A DNA stretch of 64,000 bases from Octopus vulgaris (GCA_951406725.2 OX597832.1:32860001-32924000); one strand, 5' to 3'. Positions 13,133-27,300 are shown, counted from the stretch's first letter. Notes: generated from the sequence alone by a model not told the origin. Numbers and translations are program-made.

Positions 13133-14369
13133 AGCACAAGTTTATATTATAGTGCCTACACGCGTTTCACTATTAATTATGGTTGTTTTCAGCTCTGCTC
13201 TAAGCTTTCCAATTTCACTGCTGCATTGCGATACACAACGAAAATAGATCATCAAGGAACATTTTAATGTATAGTATTGCAATTCATATAATACACATAT
13301 ATGTTTGTATGTATATTACACTGAGGAAATTATTTGTACTCGTAATCTTTGAAACATACGAAGTATTGTACTCCCCATCAAAAACCCATTATTGTAAACG
13401 CAGGGCAAGGTTTTCCTATATACACTGTTAAAAAGGAAAATTGCATGGTCATGGATGGATTGCATTGAATAATGCTATCGACGGTGTTTCTAAATAATCG
13501 CTTGTGCTGCTGAATGTATCAGCCAAATGCCTTTCCTTTGGCACTCTTAAAGAGCTTTTCAATGAACGAGGAACCTGGGTATTATAACTAGGTAACATTG
13601 TTCCTAATAGTCGAAGTGGTCATCCTTGGATTGCTTTCATGTAAATAAGTTTTCTTGATCAGAACGCATTTGTATATTCCCAACAAGTTCAACAAAACAA
13701 TATATTTATGTCTTGCTTCTGTAAGGGTTAAAAATAAATCTCTATTTTCGTGTTATATTCGTAGGAGAATTTTAATCTACACCAGAGAGGACATCGTAAA
13801 TTGAAAATGAAGCGGAGTGAGAAAGTAATTCGGGGACACCTTATTATCGGTCACTTCATCACCTCTTCTTTATCATACGAAGTAATGGAGGAAAGTAATT
13901 GCTACAGAAATTGCTTATTAAATGTTCAAGTAAAATAAAACAAAACCGCTCGCGGCAAAGTAAGTCCACAATTCACTTTGAAAGTGCTGCTCTGCTGGGG
14001 TGATTTTCTTTGCTTTCTATCGATAATACCCTGGGTAAAGTCATTAATTTAACACAATCTTCTCTCTCATCAAACATAAATTTCTGGCCTTACACCGATA
14101 TAAAGAAATCGATTTAGTTCATAAGTATGTGGGAAGATTGTGCAAAAGTAAATAATACGAAAATAATCAGATTTAGATTATTATTTCTTTTTTTAAAGGA
14201 CAAATAGAAATATCGATTAAATTTAGTTCTAAGAACTATGTTGAAGAATTCTACTCTTGAAGTCTTCTCATTTTCATTGTTGTTTAGCCCCAGGTCAGCA
14301 GTCATTGAGTAAAACTAGGATCGGAGCTATTCCAGTTTTGACTCTTCTAGTTTCTGTTAGTTGCAGTTT

Positions 14370-14712
14370 ATATTACATCCAGTCATGTGAGTGTGACCTC
14401 TCTCGGATCGTTTATGAATGCTCTTCACCGTGTACTTTTCGGTCGTCCTCTCTTGTATCCGCCGGTGGTGTCCACTTCACAGCTTTGTCAAAATGGTATA
14501 ACAATCTGGTTGCTGCAGTATGTGACCTGCTTCTTTTAATCTTCGTTCTATAATGACTTCCCTAAAAGATTTCGGTTGGCTCTCTTTTACAATATCTTCA
14601 TTAATTATTTGGTTTTCCTTGTAAGTCCTCAGAATCCCTCTCACTTGTCTTCGCTGGAATGTATCTAGTTTTCTACTGATGTAGACAGTACACTTCCATA
14701 TCTCACTGACAC
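14370..14712 (-). mobile_element. RTE-clade LINE ORF2 C-terminal remnant
   Basis: SEIWKCTVYISRKLDTFQRRQVRGIL...IINEDIV...IERRLKEAGHIL, then after frameshifts KWTPP..R.GRPK; typical RTE post-RT motifs. Confidence 0.8.
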
Positions 14713-14914
14713 AGAGAAGAAAGTCATTTATAAGCGGCTCCTCAAATGACCTTCACAATTTGAAAAATATAAACAAATAAATAACTAACAAAATGCTAAC
14801 AATAACTCATCTGATTGTGTGCAGCCAAAAGAGCCCACGTGAAAAGGTTCTAACAAAAATTGTATTTGTCTAGCAATCAGCTCTGAAGTTATAATACCTA
14901 ACGTTATTTTCATA

Positions 14915-15100
14915 TTTACCTGTTTCAGTCATTAGACTGTGTCATGTTGAAACACCACGTGTAAACTTTTTTTTAGTCGAATGGATCGATCCCAGTGGAA
15001 ATTTTCAAAGCCGGGTGCTTATTCTATCCTAAGTTATGAGGATGTAAATGCATCAACACCATTCCTCGAGCGGTGGTCAGAGCAAAAACGAAATAGACAC
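14915..15100 (-). mobile_element. SINE family A 3' part
   Basis: Reverse complement of the family A tail (tgtttcagtcattagactg...). Confidence 0.75.
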
Positions 15101-15242
15101 AAACACACACACGTGTGTATCTTTATATATATATATATATATATATATATTCTAAACGTTGCATGTGACCGTAGAGTTAAAGCAATTGTAAATTTAACAT
15201 TACCTATGTATATATATATATAACCCAATTTAAAGTAAATTG

Positions 15243-15460
15243 AAGGCGGCCATCTGGTAGAATCGTTAGCACGCCGGGAAAAGTGCTTAATGGTATTTCG
15301 TCCGTCTTTACATTTTGGGATCAAATACCACCAAGGTCAATGTGTCGCTTCATGGTTTCGGTGCTTGATAAAATGAATACTAGTTGGTCACTGGTGCCGA
15401 TGCGATGGAAATGGCCCCACGTCCAAAATTGTTGGCCCTGTGGCAAAATTTGAAATCGTT
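15243..15460 (+). mobile_element. SINE family B
   Basis: ggcggccatctggtagaatcgttagcacgccggg...ggccctgtggcaaaatttgaaa. Confidence 0.85.
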
Positions 15461-15710
15461 ATTTTAAATAGGTTCAGCTTAATGCTAAGTTGAGCGCTTT
15501 GAAACTTATTGATGCAGAATGAGACGATAGGGTGCAGGTGTGTGGAGGCGATTGATTTGGCTGGCAAGACACTCAGCGTATTTTAGCTGGAGGCAAGCCA
15601 AACACACAGGTCGGGCGCAGTACAGGGAGAGAGGGAGAGCTTGAGAGGAATATTAAACAAACCAACACAGCCAGATGCTCAAAAACATAAGCACAGAGAT
15701 AGAAAGAGTA

Positions 15711-15747
<37 letters not shown>

Positions 15748-16296
15748 ATAAATTGAACGCAATTGACATAAAAAGTTTTTACCGGCCTCATACAAATAAA
15801 TAGAAATACAAATAAACGTAGAGAGAATGGGTGGGAGAAAGGAAGAAGAGACATTTTAAAGTCGCAGAAATCTTTTTAAATCCGCAGCAAAATACGTCGG
15901 CTTCGGATCAGTGATACCATATAGGAGGCGACAAATCGGCTGAGCCAGAACGTCTCATAAACGCTGTTGTTATAATTAGTATTATATTAGTGTAAATAGT
16001 ATTGAATATTATTTTTATAATTGCGTCTTCTGAATTCTATTAAGTTTTCTGTTGGCTTGCTGTCTAATTTGACAGAAGATATTTTAAAAAAATTGATACG
16101 TGATTATTTAGATTGGATATATTTCTATAAAAAATTAAGTCTCTGTACATAATATTTTTTTTATACTGATGCGACAAGACTTACATCTCTCTCCCAAGAG
16201 AAAACAAATTGAGGGAATTTTCGTCTCCTCTTGGAAATGTCTTTATGTAGGCCACTTCTTCTCATCTGGTTTTCATACGGCGCGAGGTCTCTTTGC

Positions 16297-16473
16297 AGCC
16301 TCTGTGGTTCATAAAGAAGCTTGCTTCCTAACCACACTGTTCCGGGTTCAGTCCCACTGAGTGACTGAGTGACATTCTTGGCAAATGTCTTCTACTATAG
16401 CCTCTGACCCACCAAAGTCTTGTGACTGGATTTCGTAGGTAGAAGCTGAAATAAGCTCGTCGTAAAGCTCGTC

Positions 16474-16508
<35 letters not shown>

Positions 16509-16538
16509 AATATATATGTATGTATGTGTGTGTATGTA

Positions 16539-16575
<37 letters not shown>

Positions 16576-16762
16576 GCTCACCATCGCTTGACATTGATGT
16601 TGGTGTGGTAACGTCCATGTAAGCCAGCGGTTCGGTGAAAGAGACCGATAGAGTATGTACTGGGCTTACAAATAAGTTCTGGTGTTGATTTGTTCGACCA
16701 GAGGCGGTGCTCCAGCATGATCGCAGTGAAATTACTGAAACATGTAAATGAATAAAAGATTC
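16297..16762 (+). mobile_element. SINE family A, full length with internal (TA)/(TG) tract
   Basis: Head, internal microsatellite and tail all present. Confidence 0.9.
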
Positions 16763-17261
16763 AAACAATAAATAAAATTGTAATCTTTCTTACAATAACC
16801 AAAATATTTTTTTTCCATAAAATTGCAAATAATACTTAATTACAAATGTAGTTTAGGATTTGTTCCATACACAGCGAATGGTAATGGAAGAGGAGTAGAC
16901 TGAAATAGTGGACTGAAAGGAGTTCTATCGGCAAAGAATGATTGAGAACCACTCATGCAAGACCATCACTAGTGTAGAACCGTTTTTGTCGCTGTTTTGC
17001 TTCGAGCTGTCCTTGATGTAGCAGTCCATGATGGAAATCCTTCCAGTCGTGCCCATCGCTTATACAGCTTCAGATATTTTGTATGTAGGACTCCATTGTG
17101 TATTTTGCCCTTCCTCTTACCTATTTTTGTTATTAGGGAGGGAAATGGGGAAAATTCCGCTATTTCTTGTTATTGTCGACTCCATCCCCATTCGGCAAAG
17201 CATCATGAAAGGTCTTCTGACTATGCTCATCATATTTATTAGAAGTCTGCACGACTATATA

Positions 17262-17402
17262 TAAGGTTGTCCCAAAAGTTCGTAGAAAGTCTTGGAAAAT
17301 AATGGTCTTTATTTTGAGGAATAACTTTTGTTGTTTTTGTTAGTACTTGGCGAGTAAAAATTCAATTTTCGCAAGTGTTTACGAACTTTTGGGACAACCT
17401 AA
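17262..17402. mobile_element. Mariner-type MITE (~141 bp)
   Basis: 21-bp TIRs aggttgtcccaaaagttcgta / tacgaacttttgggacaacct with TA flanks. Confidence 0.88.
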
Positions 17403-17929
17403 TAGTACAATGTAACCATCTCCTCGAGATGGAATGGATTCCTTTGAGGTATAAATTAATATTAGGCGTGTGACCACATTAGATTCTACTGGAATTTTGG
17501 AAATTTAATATTTGATGGTGGAACAACTTCAGTAAATAGGTACCACGGCTTCTCTTCTCATGTTCCCTTCTTTATGAATATTCTGTTTCCTATTTTTTGT
17601 ACGGATTCCTTTTAAACTGCAACATCTAATAAATGTATCATCCATTCTTAATAAAGGAAGTTATTGTATTTTGCCGCTTATCTCCGTACATATTTTTTAT
17701 ACTGTTGCGACGAGACTTACATTTTTCTCTCAAATGAAAAAAAAAATTGAGAGTATTTTCGTCTCCTCTTGGTGTAGAAACTTAATCAAACTTCACAAAC
17801 AACCACATAATAGTTGTCCCGTTCTTTCTGAAAACTTGAAGAGAAGCACGAAGTTCACGGAGTAGATAAAGTTTGTGTATGTTTAATTAATATAATTCTT
17901 ACTTAGGAGGTTCAATAAGACGAAAGTCT

Positions 17930-18060
17930 GCCACGAGTTACCATTGCGTTACAAAAATTATTTTCCATCAATTTCTTCGCTGTAGAATATTTCTAGTATT
18001 GGATACGACGAATTTTGGAAGTCCAAATAATTCATAAAGTTTATGAAATATTTCATGCAG
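17930..18060 (-). pseudogene. Possible Gypsy-type integrase remnant
   Basis: LHEIFHKLYELFGLPKFVVSN...FYSEE...RNGN resembles FGxPxxIVSDNG..F.S.EF..F...NGI. Confidence 0.35.
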
Positions 18061-18312
18061 AATTATCTCCCAGTAGGTGGATTAAACCATTTTGGATTAA
18101 ATACTCCCCAAGATTTTGGTAGATTCACTGTCTTTTACCTTGAGATACAGCCTGTGTATCAACACAGCCTTATTTCTATGTCAGCTTTCATATGTATCCG
18201 CAAATATTTATGGGGCAAGCAGTAGAAGCTGCTATATAAAAATAGCAACAAAAGTCATGGTTCCTTCAATCTGACGTAGGGATGTCATTTATGCATATAT
18301 ATGTGTGTCTGC

Positions 18313-18365
<53 letters not shown>

Positions 18366-18404
18366 TATATACGTATATATACATACACACACGCGTGCGC
18401 TCAC

Positions 18405-18504
18405 AAATATATCTCCGTTTCGCAGCCATCTTTGTTATGGGGAATGCCATTCAGGTTAGAGTTTGATATAAAGCAGCGATCACTTTCTGGATCGATGAAT
18501 ACAT
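18405..18504 (-). CDS. Candidate internal exon (100 nt; DVFIDPESDRCFISNSNLNGIPHNKDGCETEIY)
   Basis: Long polypyrimidine tract ending gtttag, donor TTT|gtgagc, single open frame. Confidence 0.42.
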
Positions 18505-20066
18505 CTAAACAAAAAGAAACGAATAAAAATGCAAAATAAAAATGTATAAAAATATAAAATGACACCATTGATACGAGAAATATATTCTGTAAATGGTATA
18601 TTTTTTCTCTATACAAACTGTGATCTTTCGGTATACAAGTCACGAAGATATCACGGAAAAGAAGCCAAATAAATATTCCATGTAAGAAAGTTAAATATCA
18701 TTAATGAATGCATTTGGTTGGCTTAGACATTTTTAAAAGAAATGACTTGGGTTAGCTAAGAATTACTCAACCGAACTTTCATATCTCTATAAAAGGTTAA
18801 TATCAAGGCTTGAAAGAACATGAAAATATTCCAAAGACATGGAGAATAAACATAGAAGAAAATAAAAAAGCGAAAAATCATGTAAAGAATGATGGGAAAA
18901 CAAGAAACATGAAATATAAAAAAAAAGAATATTGAAGAAAACTTCTTGGCAAAATGAACTTCTTTTTAAGTGTGAATAATATCTGTGCATATGTCTCTCT
19001 TCTCTCTGTGTATGACTGCATCTAAGTATCTGTGTATCTGTGTATATATGTCTGTGTGTGTAGGTTTTTGTGTGTGTGTGTCTATTTATGTCTGAGTATG
19101 TGTTCGTCTAGAAATGACATAGGCCATGTGCATTTGTATAGTGGTGATTTAGTGCTAACAACTGACAGCGTGTATAACTGTATATTCGTAAATTGATACC
19201 GTAGTGATGAAGGCATGACATATATAGGTATAGATTTGCTACATGAAGGTTATATATATATATATATATAGTGCACAATTTTGTTTACATAATGAGCATG
19301 GTATATGTATATATATAGAGAGAAAGAGGACATCTTTTTAGCATACTTTACTTATTGCAAATACGTTACCAAAAGGAAAATTATCCGCGGTACAACCCCC
19401 GAAGGTAATATCTGTTATTGATGCACCATGATTAAAAATATAAACACATCAGTAAGAGAGGAAAATACATCAGCAGATGAGTCGATGTACATTTCTACCA
19501 TTTTGACAAATGCAGCACATTTTCGTTAGCACGTAACTCACTGCTAAGTCAAAAATGCGTCGCTACTTATATAGGAACGAATTGACTGAGCTATCACTGA
19601 TGTTGCAAATAGACGCCAAGCTGAATAAAATCACATTACTGGCATACTTGTGTTCGTAAATACATCCCGCTCGTGAGACTTAATATCTTTGGGCAATTAC
19701 TGCAGTTTATTTGTCTTTTGAGGATGTAATCACATTAACTTTGATACAGAGACATCTATTTGAAAGGGACATTGGTTCTATTTGAAATAAAGTACTTTTT
19801 TCTCCCCACCCCTCCTCGGGTCAACAAAAGTAATTTTTTCAATTACGTTTTTTATTTTACTATCCATGCTAGGGATAGGGCTATAGGGTACGGGCAAAGA
19901 TTCTCACTCACCGTTATTACCGATCTTAATCTACTGTTAATACTTTATTTTTTTTTAACGCAGAACGGCGATATAGGACATTATCTCGGCAACATTACTG
20001 CAATTAATTTGCATTTTTGTAATGTATTTGAAGTATAATAGGAGAGTCTTGTAGTTCGCTTGAAGC

Positions 20067-20857
20067 ACTGTGTATTGTTTGTAAAGAATAAAAAGTTTTC
20101 AATAGTACAACAATGCATTATAATACAGACAATGGGCTGTGTATACCTGTTGCAATTTAGTCATCCATAGTCTGATATGATATTTCGCAATAAAATTCCT
20201 TCCTGAGATATTCTTAGATGGAATCGCTGCTAGAATCGGTTTTCTTTTATTTATTTATTTATTTATTTATTTTTGGAAGCGTTTCAGCAGTGGTCTCACG
20301 ATGCTCCTTCCGGAATTCCTCATGAGAAGTGCATGAGGTCAGCCATATCTCAATCTCGGGTGTGCTGGCACATCCGTAGCTCTGCTTCTAAGTTATGTGT
20401 TATGCGTGCAGCTTCCTTTTTACCCGTTCTTTTTTCTCCTCTCTTCTTTTTTTTTTGTTATAAACTACAGATGAGCATATTATCAAAACAAATCCAGATG
20501 ATGCTAAATAATGTTTTGATTACCAACCTCCAGCCTGTTGTTAATTTGGGGCCCTAGTCTGTGTATGAGTATAACTTCCTTAATTCCTAATAGAGGCCAA
20601 TGAAAGAAATTTGGGTAATTTAAGTATTAAGGAAGCTATACTCATACACAGACTAGGGCCACAAATTAACAACAGGCTGAAGGTTAGAAAACCGATTGTA
20701 GCAACGACTCCATCTAAGAATATCTGAAGAAGGAATTTTATTCCGAAATATCATATCAGACTAGGGATGACTAAATTACAACAGGTAATTGTTTGTATTA
20801 TAGGACATTGTTGTACCATTCAAAACGTTTTATTCTTTGAAGTATAATATACACAGT
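20067..20857. mobile_element. Large fold-back Penelope-like remnant with a ~275-bp insertion in the left arm
   Basis: 20067-20245 plus 20521-20590 pair with 20620-20857; hammerhead-like CTGAAGA a-ggaat-ttt-attcc GAAA tatcata TC at 20724-20757. Confidence 0.75.
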
Positions 20858-21546
20858 CACACACAAAAACTGAGACACACAGATGGATAAATTTGAAAGA
20901 GAGAGAGAGAGATAGAGAGAGAAAGAGAGAAAGAGAGAGAGAGAGAAAGAGAGAAAGAGAGAGAGAAAAGAGAGAAAGAGAGAGAGAGAAAGAGAGAAAG
21001 AGAGAGCGAGAGAAAGAGAGAAAGAGAGAGAGAGAGATAAAGTGAGAAACTACGTATAAATACAGTTTGAATAATTTTCATGGCTGTAGGGCAGAGGGAC
21101 TCTTACAAATCTTGACAAAATTTATTCGCTTTATGGCGGAAAAGGAAAAGTTGGAGATGTGAACATTTAAAGAAATGCAGGAAGAAAGGTGCATCGTGAA
21201 TTAAATTACCTCACGTGACCTTAGAGAATCAATCTAAACATTGGCTGTAATACACTTATACAATCATACCTGATAATGAGGCGAAATGAAACTTAAATAT
21301 AAGGATGTAAAACAATTGTATAGGATAATGAGAAAATATATATGATAATGATATAAAATATAATTACATAATAGTATAAAAACATATGAAAATATGTTGT
21401 GAAAATGATGTAAAAATAGGAAAGAAATTGTGGATATCACCTAAGGAGATATACGTACTGTGTTGTTAGAATAAAAGATAATACTATCGAAATATTAATT
21501 TATAGATACATACATATATTTGCATACATATATATATATATATATA

Positions 21547-21922
21547 TTGATTTGGCAACTAAGTTGCCGTGGTTTTTTAAATTTTGGAATCTACTTCTTT
21601 TACGAGAATTCTAGTTTTGAATCATTTTGGAATCTATTTTGCTTTTTTGTGAATTATAGTTAATTTTTGTTAATTTTTAGATTATTATACTGGAATGTCA
21701 TGTTAAGAAATACGAGCATTTTCGACACCTCCTTGTTTTTGCTCTTCACCAAGGTTCGAAGGCCGCAAAGCCTGCTCGCGACATTTGTGCATGTATGGAG
21801 AGGTTGCCATAGCGAAAAGAACCGCACGTGATTTGTATGCCAAGTTCAAAAATGCAAATTTCGACATCAAAGGCGCACCTGGTGGTCCAATTGAGTTCAA
21901 TGAAGAGCGATTAAACCAAATT
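21547..21922 (+). mobile_element. Mariner 5' fragment (mellifera-subfamily-like)
   Basis: TIR-like ttgatttggcaactaagt; ECHVKKYEHFRHLL...YGEVAIAKRTARDLYAKFKNANFDIKGAP..PIEFNEERL; truncated by (TA)n. Confidence 0.88.
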
Positions 21923-21928
21923 TATACG

Positions 21929-21970
<42 letters not shown>

Positions 21971-22627
21971 TATGTATACATATGTACATATAAACACATA
22001 TATAGATTGGTATATATATATATATATATATGTGGGAAAATCTGTGTGTGTGTGCATGTGTGTGTGTATGTGTGTGAAAATCTGTGTGTGTCTGTATATC
22101 TGCTTGATACTTTGACTACAGAATAGACACATTCATATTACGATTTTCAAAAATAACACGCAAAACGGTATTCGGTACGTTGTTTCTCCTTGCTCGACCA
22201 TATCGCTTAACTTTCAAATTGTCCCCATGTAATAAGACTTGTGGTAAGTATAACGTGTGTGCAAGTATTTGTATGCTGCGTGTTTGATGCAGAAACATTA
22301 AGATGTGCTGTGGAAGGTGGACGATCATTTTGCAGTATTTGCCGATCTACGGTAAATTGAAAGACACGCCGAAAAGATCAGAACATACAATCAGCATATT
22401 ATAAGCATTAATGTGTGTCCAAATGTATGCCCGTATATGAGTATTTGTAAATATATATAATATATCTATATGTGTGTGTGTGTGTGTGTGTGTAAGTGTG
22501 TTTGTGCGTGTGTGTATGCATCTATATCAATCAAACGCTCACACTGAAACACTCATATCGAAGTTAATTATGTCTTTTAATTTATTCAGACAACTACATA
22601 CACACACGTAGAATCACACAATCCCAT

Positions 22628-22658
<31 letters not shown>

Positions 22659-22765
22659 GAGGGACCCTGGGAGAGATAGATAGAGAGGGAGAGAAAAGAG
22701 GGGAATACGCACTTTCATATGCAAATATCATTTGACATATCTTCTAGCAATATATTATTTTCTCC

Positions 22766-22809
<44 letters not shown>

Positions 22810-23872
22810 ATGCTTAAGACTTTCATTATCATTGCACCTGATCCATTGCAATCAAGACTTTATATTTTACACTCCCATATGCACATATTCATACAGCCTT
22901 ATCACGCATACATGTAACCACACAGACACACACACACTTCATAGATGTATCCTTCATCACGTACATCAAATCATATACAAGCACACTTAATTACGTATGG
23001 AGGATTATTGGCTAAATGAAATATATTTCATTAAAGTAAGTAGTTCATAAATAACATTTCCCTTCAGCTATATTGGGAATAAGCTAGAAAAAGAACAAAA
23101 ATAATAAATGGCTGACTAATCTACTTTATCTTACTTAGACGATAATGGCGACGTTATGTCAATGATAGCCGTTCTGAAGAAAAGATAACCTATCCAGGCT
23201 GCTTTCATATACACACACACACACACACATACATGCACACACAAGCACACACACACACGCACACAAACGCACACACGAACACGGACACACACTCACACGC
23301 ACATACACACACACATATATTTGTATATACATGCTGTTAGGTCCGTGAACATATGATATGTCAATATATACATACGTATGAATATAAGTGTGTGTGCCGT
23401 TGTGTATATGCAATATCAAATTTAATATCCATCATACCATAAGAAGTTACATGGCAAACTGCGCGAAAATGACTCTTAGAAATACGGACGAAAAGAATTC
23501 ACGCATAAAAGATAGAAATATTCTTTGGACCATATCCATCTCTCTCTCTCTTTCTTTCTCTCTATCTATCTATCTATTTATTTATCTATCTATCTACCTA
23601 TCTCTTTATCAGTCTTTACGTATGTCCGTCTGTCTATCTGACTGTCTCTTTGTCTGTCGGGTTCGTTGGCTGTCTGACTGTCTATTTAAGTGTATATGTA
23701 GGTATATATATATATATATATGCGTGCATATGTGTGTGTATATATGTGTTTTTATGTGTGTGTCGATGTTCATATAAGCATCGATTTGATAGAAACGCAT
23801 GGACATATAATATATATATATATATGTCGTATATTCAAGGATAGTCGTATATTCAAGGATAATCGAAATTCC

Positions 23873-23919
<47 letters not shown>

Positions 23920-23922
<3 letters not shown>

Positions 23923-24180
23923 TAACTAGATATCTCTCTAACAAATCTAACTTCCTGATACCTTAGTAAATTCTAAGCTGAAGTTAAGACAGCATGTTCT
24001 TTGTCTATCTCCTTAACTTCTTGGAGGTTTTAGAAAAATTATACAAATGTCTCCATCTGTTTTAATTTAATTTAATTCTATGTATTTACGCAGCTGAGGA
24101 CTGCTCTGCATTATAACTGATGTAATGGTTGTAACGATCGTACTGCATTGCCTCTGGATATCCTATTTTAATTTTACGCA
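23920..24180 (+). mobile_element. Penelope-like pseudo-LTR fragment with degenerate hammerhead (24090-24146)
   Basis: gcag CTGAGGA ...cattata actga tgtaatg... gtaa cgatcg TA ctgc; inverted homolog at 27510-27700; TA flanks. Confidence 0.65.
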
Positions 24181-25052
24181 TATATATATACCTATAAATA
24201 TACATATACAACCCTACATACATACAGCTTCCGTAAAAAAAACATTATCTGCTTCAAAAGCCAATTATTGCAATCCGTTTGCTCAATAAATGTATCGATT
24301 ACAGGATTTGGATGCTATTTTCACCTAATTGAAAACTGTACTTGGACTAAAGAAACGAGTAACACTTGTAACATACCCCCCACCGCCAACACCATCTGTA
24401 TAAAGAGCACCGGCCGCAACAACATTCGTCGTAGAATCACTGCCCCTACTCTGTCATGAAACGACTGTACTCTTCCTATTCAATGTTCAACATTATTTTT
24501 CTTTTACTCTCAACTCTAACAGAAACTGCAGTATATTACGCGCCGTTTTCTTTCTTGTAATTTCCTTCTGAGACGCTTGGTGTCAGCTTAATCAGGTATT
24601 TTCACACCGAGAATGATGTTTCATTTAAAACAACCTGCTGCTATAATGAAAGTAATCGCTGTAGGCAAATTGGAAGGCGCCTGGCACGAAATGCATGCAA
24701 ACTGAAATACAAATGTGCGCATTTTCATACTCATAAACACACACATGAATAAATATATTCATACGCACACACACACGAACACAAACACTGACGCATAAAC
24801 ACATTATGTGGACTGAATTCTTGGGAAAGGTTACGTGTTGTATCTTTGATGAAGGTATTTCGTTTTACGCTGCTGCAGTTCGAAGAAGCGGGGCGCCATC
24901 GTTTTGCTGGCAAAGTTTCGTTTCGCCCCATTTGAAAGTATTAAGCTGAAAAGCACGAAGAGCACGGTACCGTAGGCAGCAGGTACTGCAAGAAATCTGT
25001 GATAAACAGAAAGTATTATTATTATTAATAATAATAATAATAATAATAATAG

Positions 25053-25322
25053 GATAAAAAAGGTACTGAGACCAATTTGAAAATGAAACCAGGCTTACGA
25101 TCCCTACAGGAAGTGCAAAAAAATCGTGTCAACTGGAACAACTCATGTACTTAGAAGAGTATTAGCACCATTGATGAATTTATTTATTATTAATTTTTTT
25201 AAATATATATTTTACCTGTGAATTTGCGCGTGTAATCTGGGAATGCATACAATGAATTTCTCTGCCCTAGGTGTGCGGAAAATACTCCGCGAGAAACGGA
25301 AGAAAATTTGAAGAAGGAAAAA
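25053..25322 (+). mobile_element. 3' end of a restriction-like-endonuclease non-LTR element (R4/Dong-like) within (AAT)n
   Basis: KPGLRSLQEVQK/IVSTGTTHVLRRVL (cf. QKxALLGTAHILRKVL) followed by a 3' UTR; (AAT)n on both sides. Confidence 0.7.
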
Positions 25323-25334
25323 AATAATAATATG

Positions 25335-25552
25335 ATCATTTCTACTAAAGTCGCATAGACTGGAATTTGTGGGGGGGGGGGGGTAGTCGATAACTTCGAT
25401 CCCAGTCTTTCACTGGTACATAATTTATCGACCCCGGATGGATGAAAGGCAAAGTCGACCTCGGCGGATTTTGAACTCAGAACGTAAAGACAGTCGAAAT
25501 ACTGCTAAGTACTGCGTCCAGCGCGCGAACGATTCTGTCAGCTCGTCGCCTT
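25335..25552 (-). mobile_element. SINE family B
   Basis: Reverse complement of the family B consensus seen at 7957 and 15243. Confidence 0.9.
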
Positions 25553-26611
25553 AAAAGTATAAATAGTGTATGTTATATCGTCCTCATGATACATGCGTGT
25601 AAATTTGAAACAATTCAAAGATAAAAATAAATAATAATAATAAAGATACCTCCTTCTGAGAGGTTCCTAATTAAGCGAAGAAAAAAGAAAAGAAAAAACG
25701 GGAAATCCAAACAGGGGTTTGGTGTAGGAATAATGCTGAAGTGCAAGGCATTGATTTTTAATTAAGCCGAGTCAGTGATAAATAGATAGAGGAAATTAGT
25801 GTATTTACATAACAAAGGACATTTCATATAAAGCATCACGAACACGACTTGACCAACTGGCATCGTGATATTTAAGTTGCTATTCAAAGGAATTCGTCAA
25901 TGATACCACCCGATGTTTTGTGCTGTAGCGGCATTACTAAGATGGCGTCAACATTTAACGTTGAATATCAGTGAGAGTCGTGTGTAAGTGCAGCATGGAT
26001 TGACTCAACCAAGATGAGTGAGTGTGCAAATATAGTTTAAGAGTTATCGGGAGAGGAGGAAAAGGAAATTCTTTTGAAAACATACAGGAAGTACTTTTAG
26101 TTGTTTTTATTTTTTGCCGTTTGCACGATTATGAATATTTATTATGATATGATAAACATCAGTGAATCAATATTAATGTTGAAATTAATTTCACGTTCTT
26201 CTAGAAGTAGAAATGACATCCTCTATTTACAGTAGTAAAGGATACTTGCTACTGATGACGCCCAACTGCGCAGAAATTAGGCGATGCCACATTTCCGCTG
26301 CCGGTGCTACAACTGATACTTTTCTGTTTCTATTCCTCCTGAATATGGATCCTGCAATTTTGCGTCTTCCTCTTCATATATCCACGTTATGTAAGATACA
26401 CAGATTGCTTTTCCGTACTAATACTGCCTCTGTCACCAATGACAAATGTATTTCTGCTTGTGTGTGTAACTGTGTCTGTCTGTATACATAGGTGTATACA
26501 CAGTCATGTATATCCATACGTATATACACACATAAACATGCTACATAGAGACACAGACTCCGCGTGTGCGTGTGTGTGTGTGTGTATGTATGTGTTTGTG
26601 TGTGTGTACAC

Positions 26612-26643
<32 letters not shown>

Positions 26644-27200
26644 GTGTTTGCGTTTAATGTGAAAAAGACTGTACCTCAGCTTTATTTTATTCTTAACAGA
26701 TTTTTTCACTTATGGCATTTACTTCCGAAACATTTCCTATTGATATATTTCCAGATCTTCGCAAATCTCCTTTCAAAAATTGGGGGAATTTTGCAATGAC
26801 GTGGCTTCTTTAATTTTGCAGATTTTAAATCGAAACTTTTTTCTTTGCCTCAGGTAACGTGTCAACAGTCACTTGTAGTTTCGTTCATGCTGCATTTTTT
26901 CTCTCTTTTGAAGATTAGCTTTTATTGTCAATAGCAACGAACAACTTTCTAATGTTTTGGCATTGTAGTGCAACACGAGTAAGGCTTCAGTGATTAATCC
27001 GAAAATTTGCTGAGAATTTTTCTTCTCTAATTTTAATAAACTCTATCTTTTTTGTCCTGTATTTTGCATTTTTTCTCCGAGACCTATGTATATGTGTGTA
27101 TATGAGAAGCCAATTTGAACGATTAATCTTGTAACTATGGAACTAATCACTTACGTGAGTTGTGTGTATCTAAACATCATTCTATATATGTCTATGTATG

Positions 27201-27300
<100 letters not shown>

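Noticed and set aside
19541-19620. Good-looking minus-strand acceptor/donor pair
   Set aside because: Stops in all three frames; shows such pairs arise by chance.
26248-26285. CTGATGA cgc..gcg ca GAAA
   Set aside because: Lacks stem III and cleavage triplet; no repeat context.
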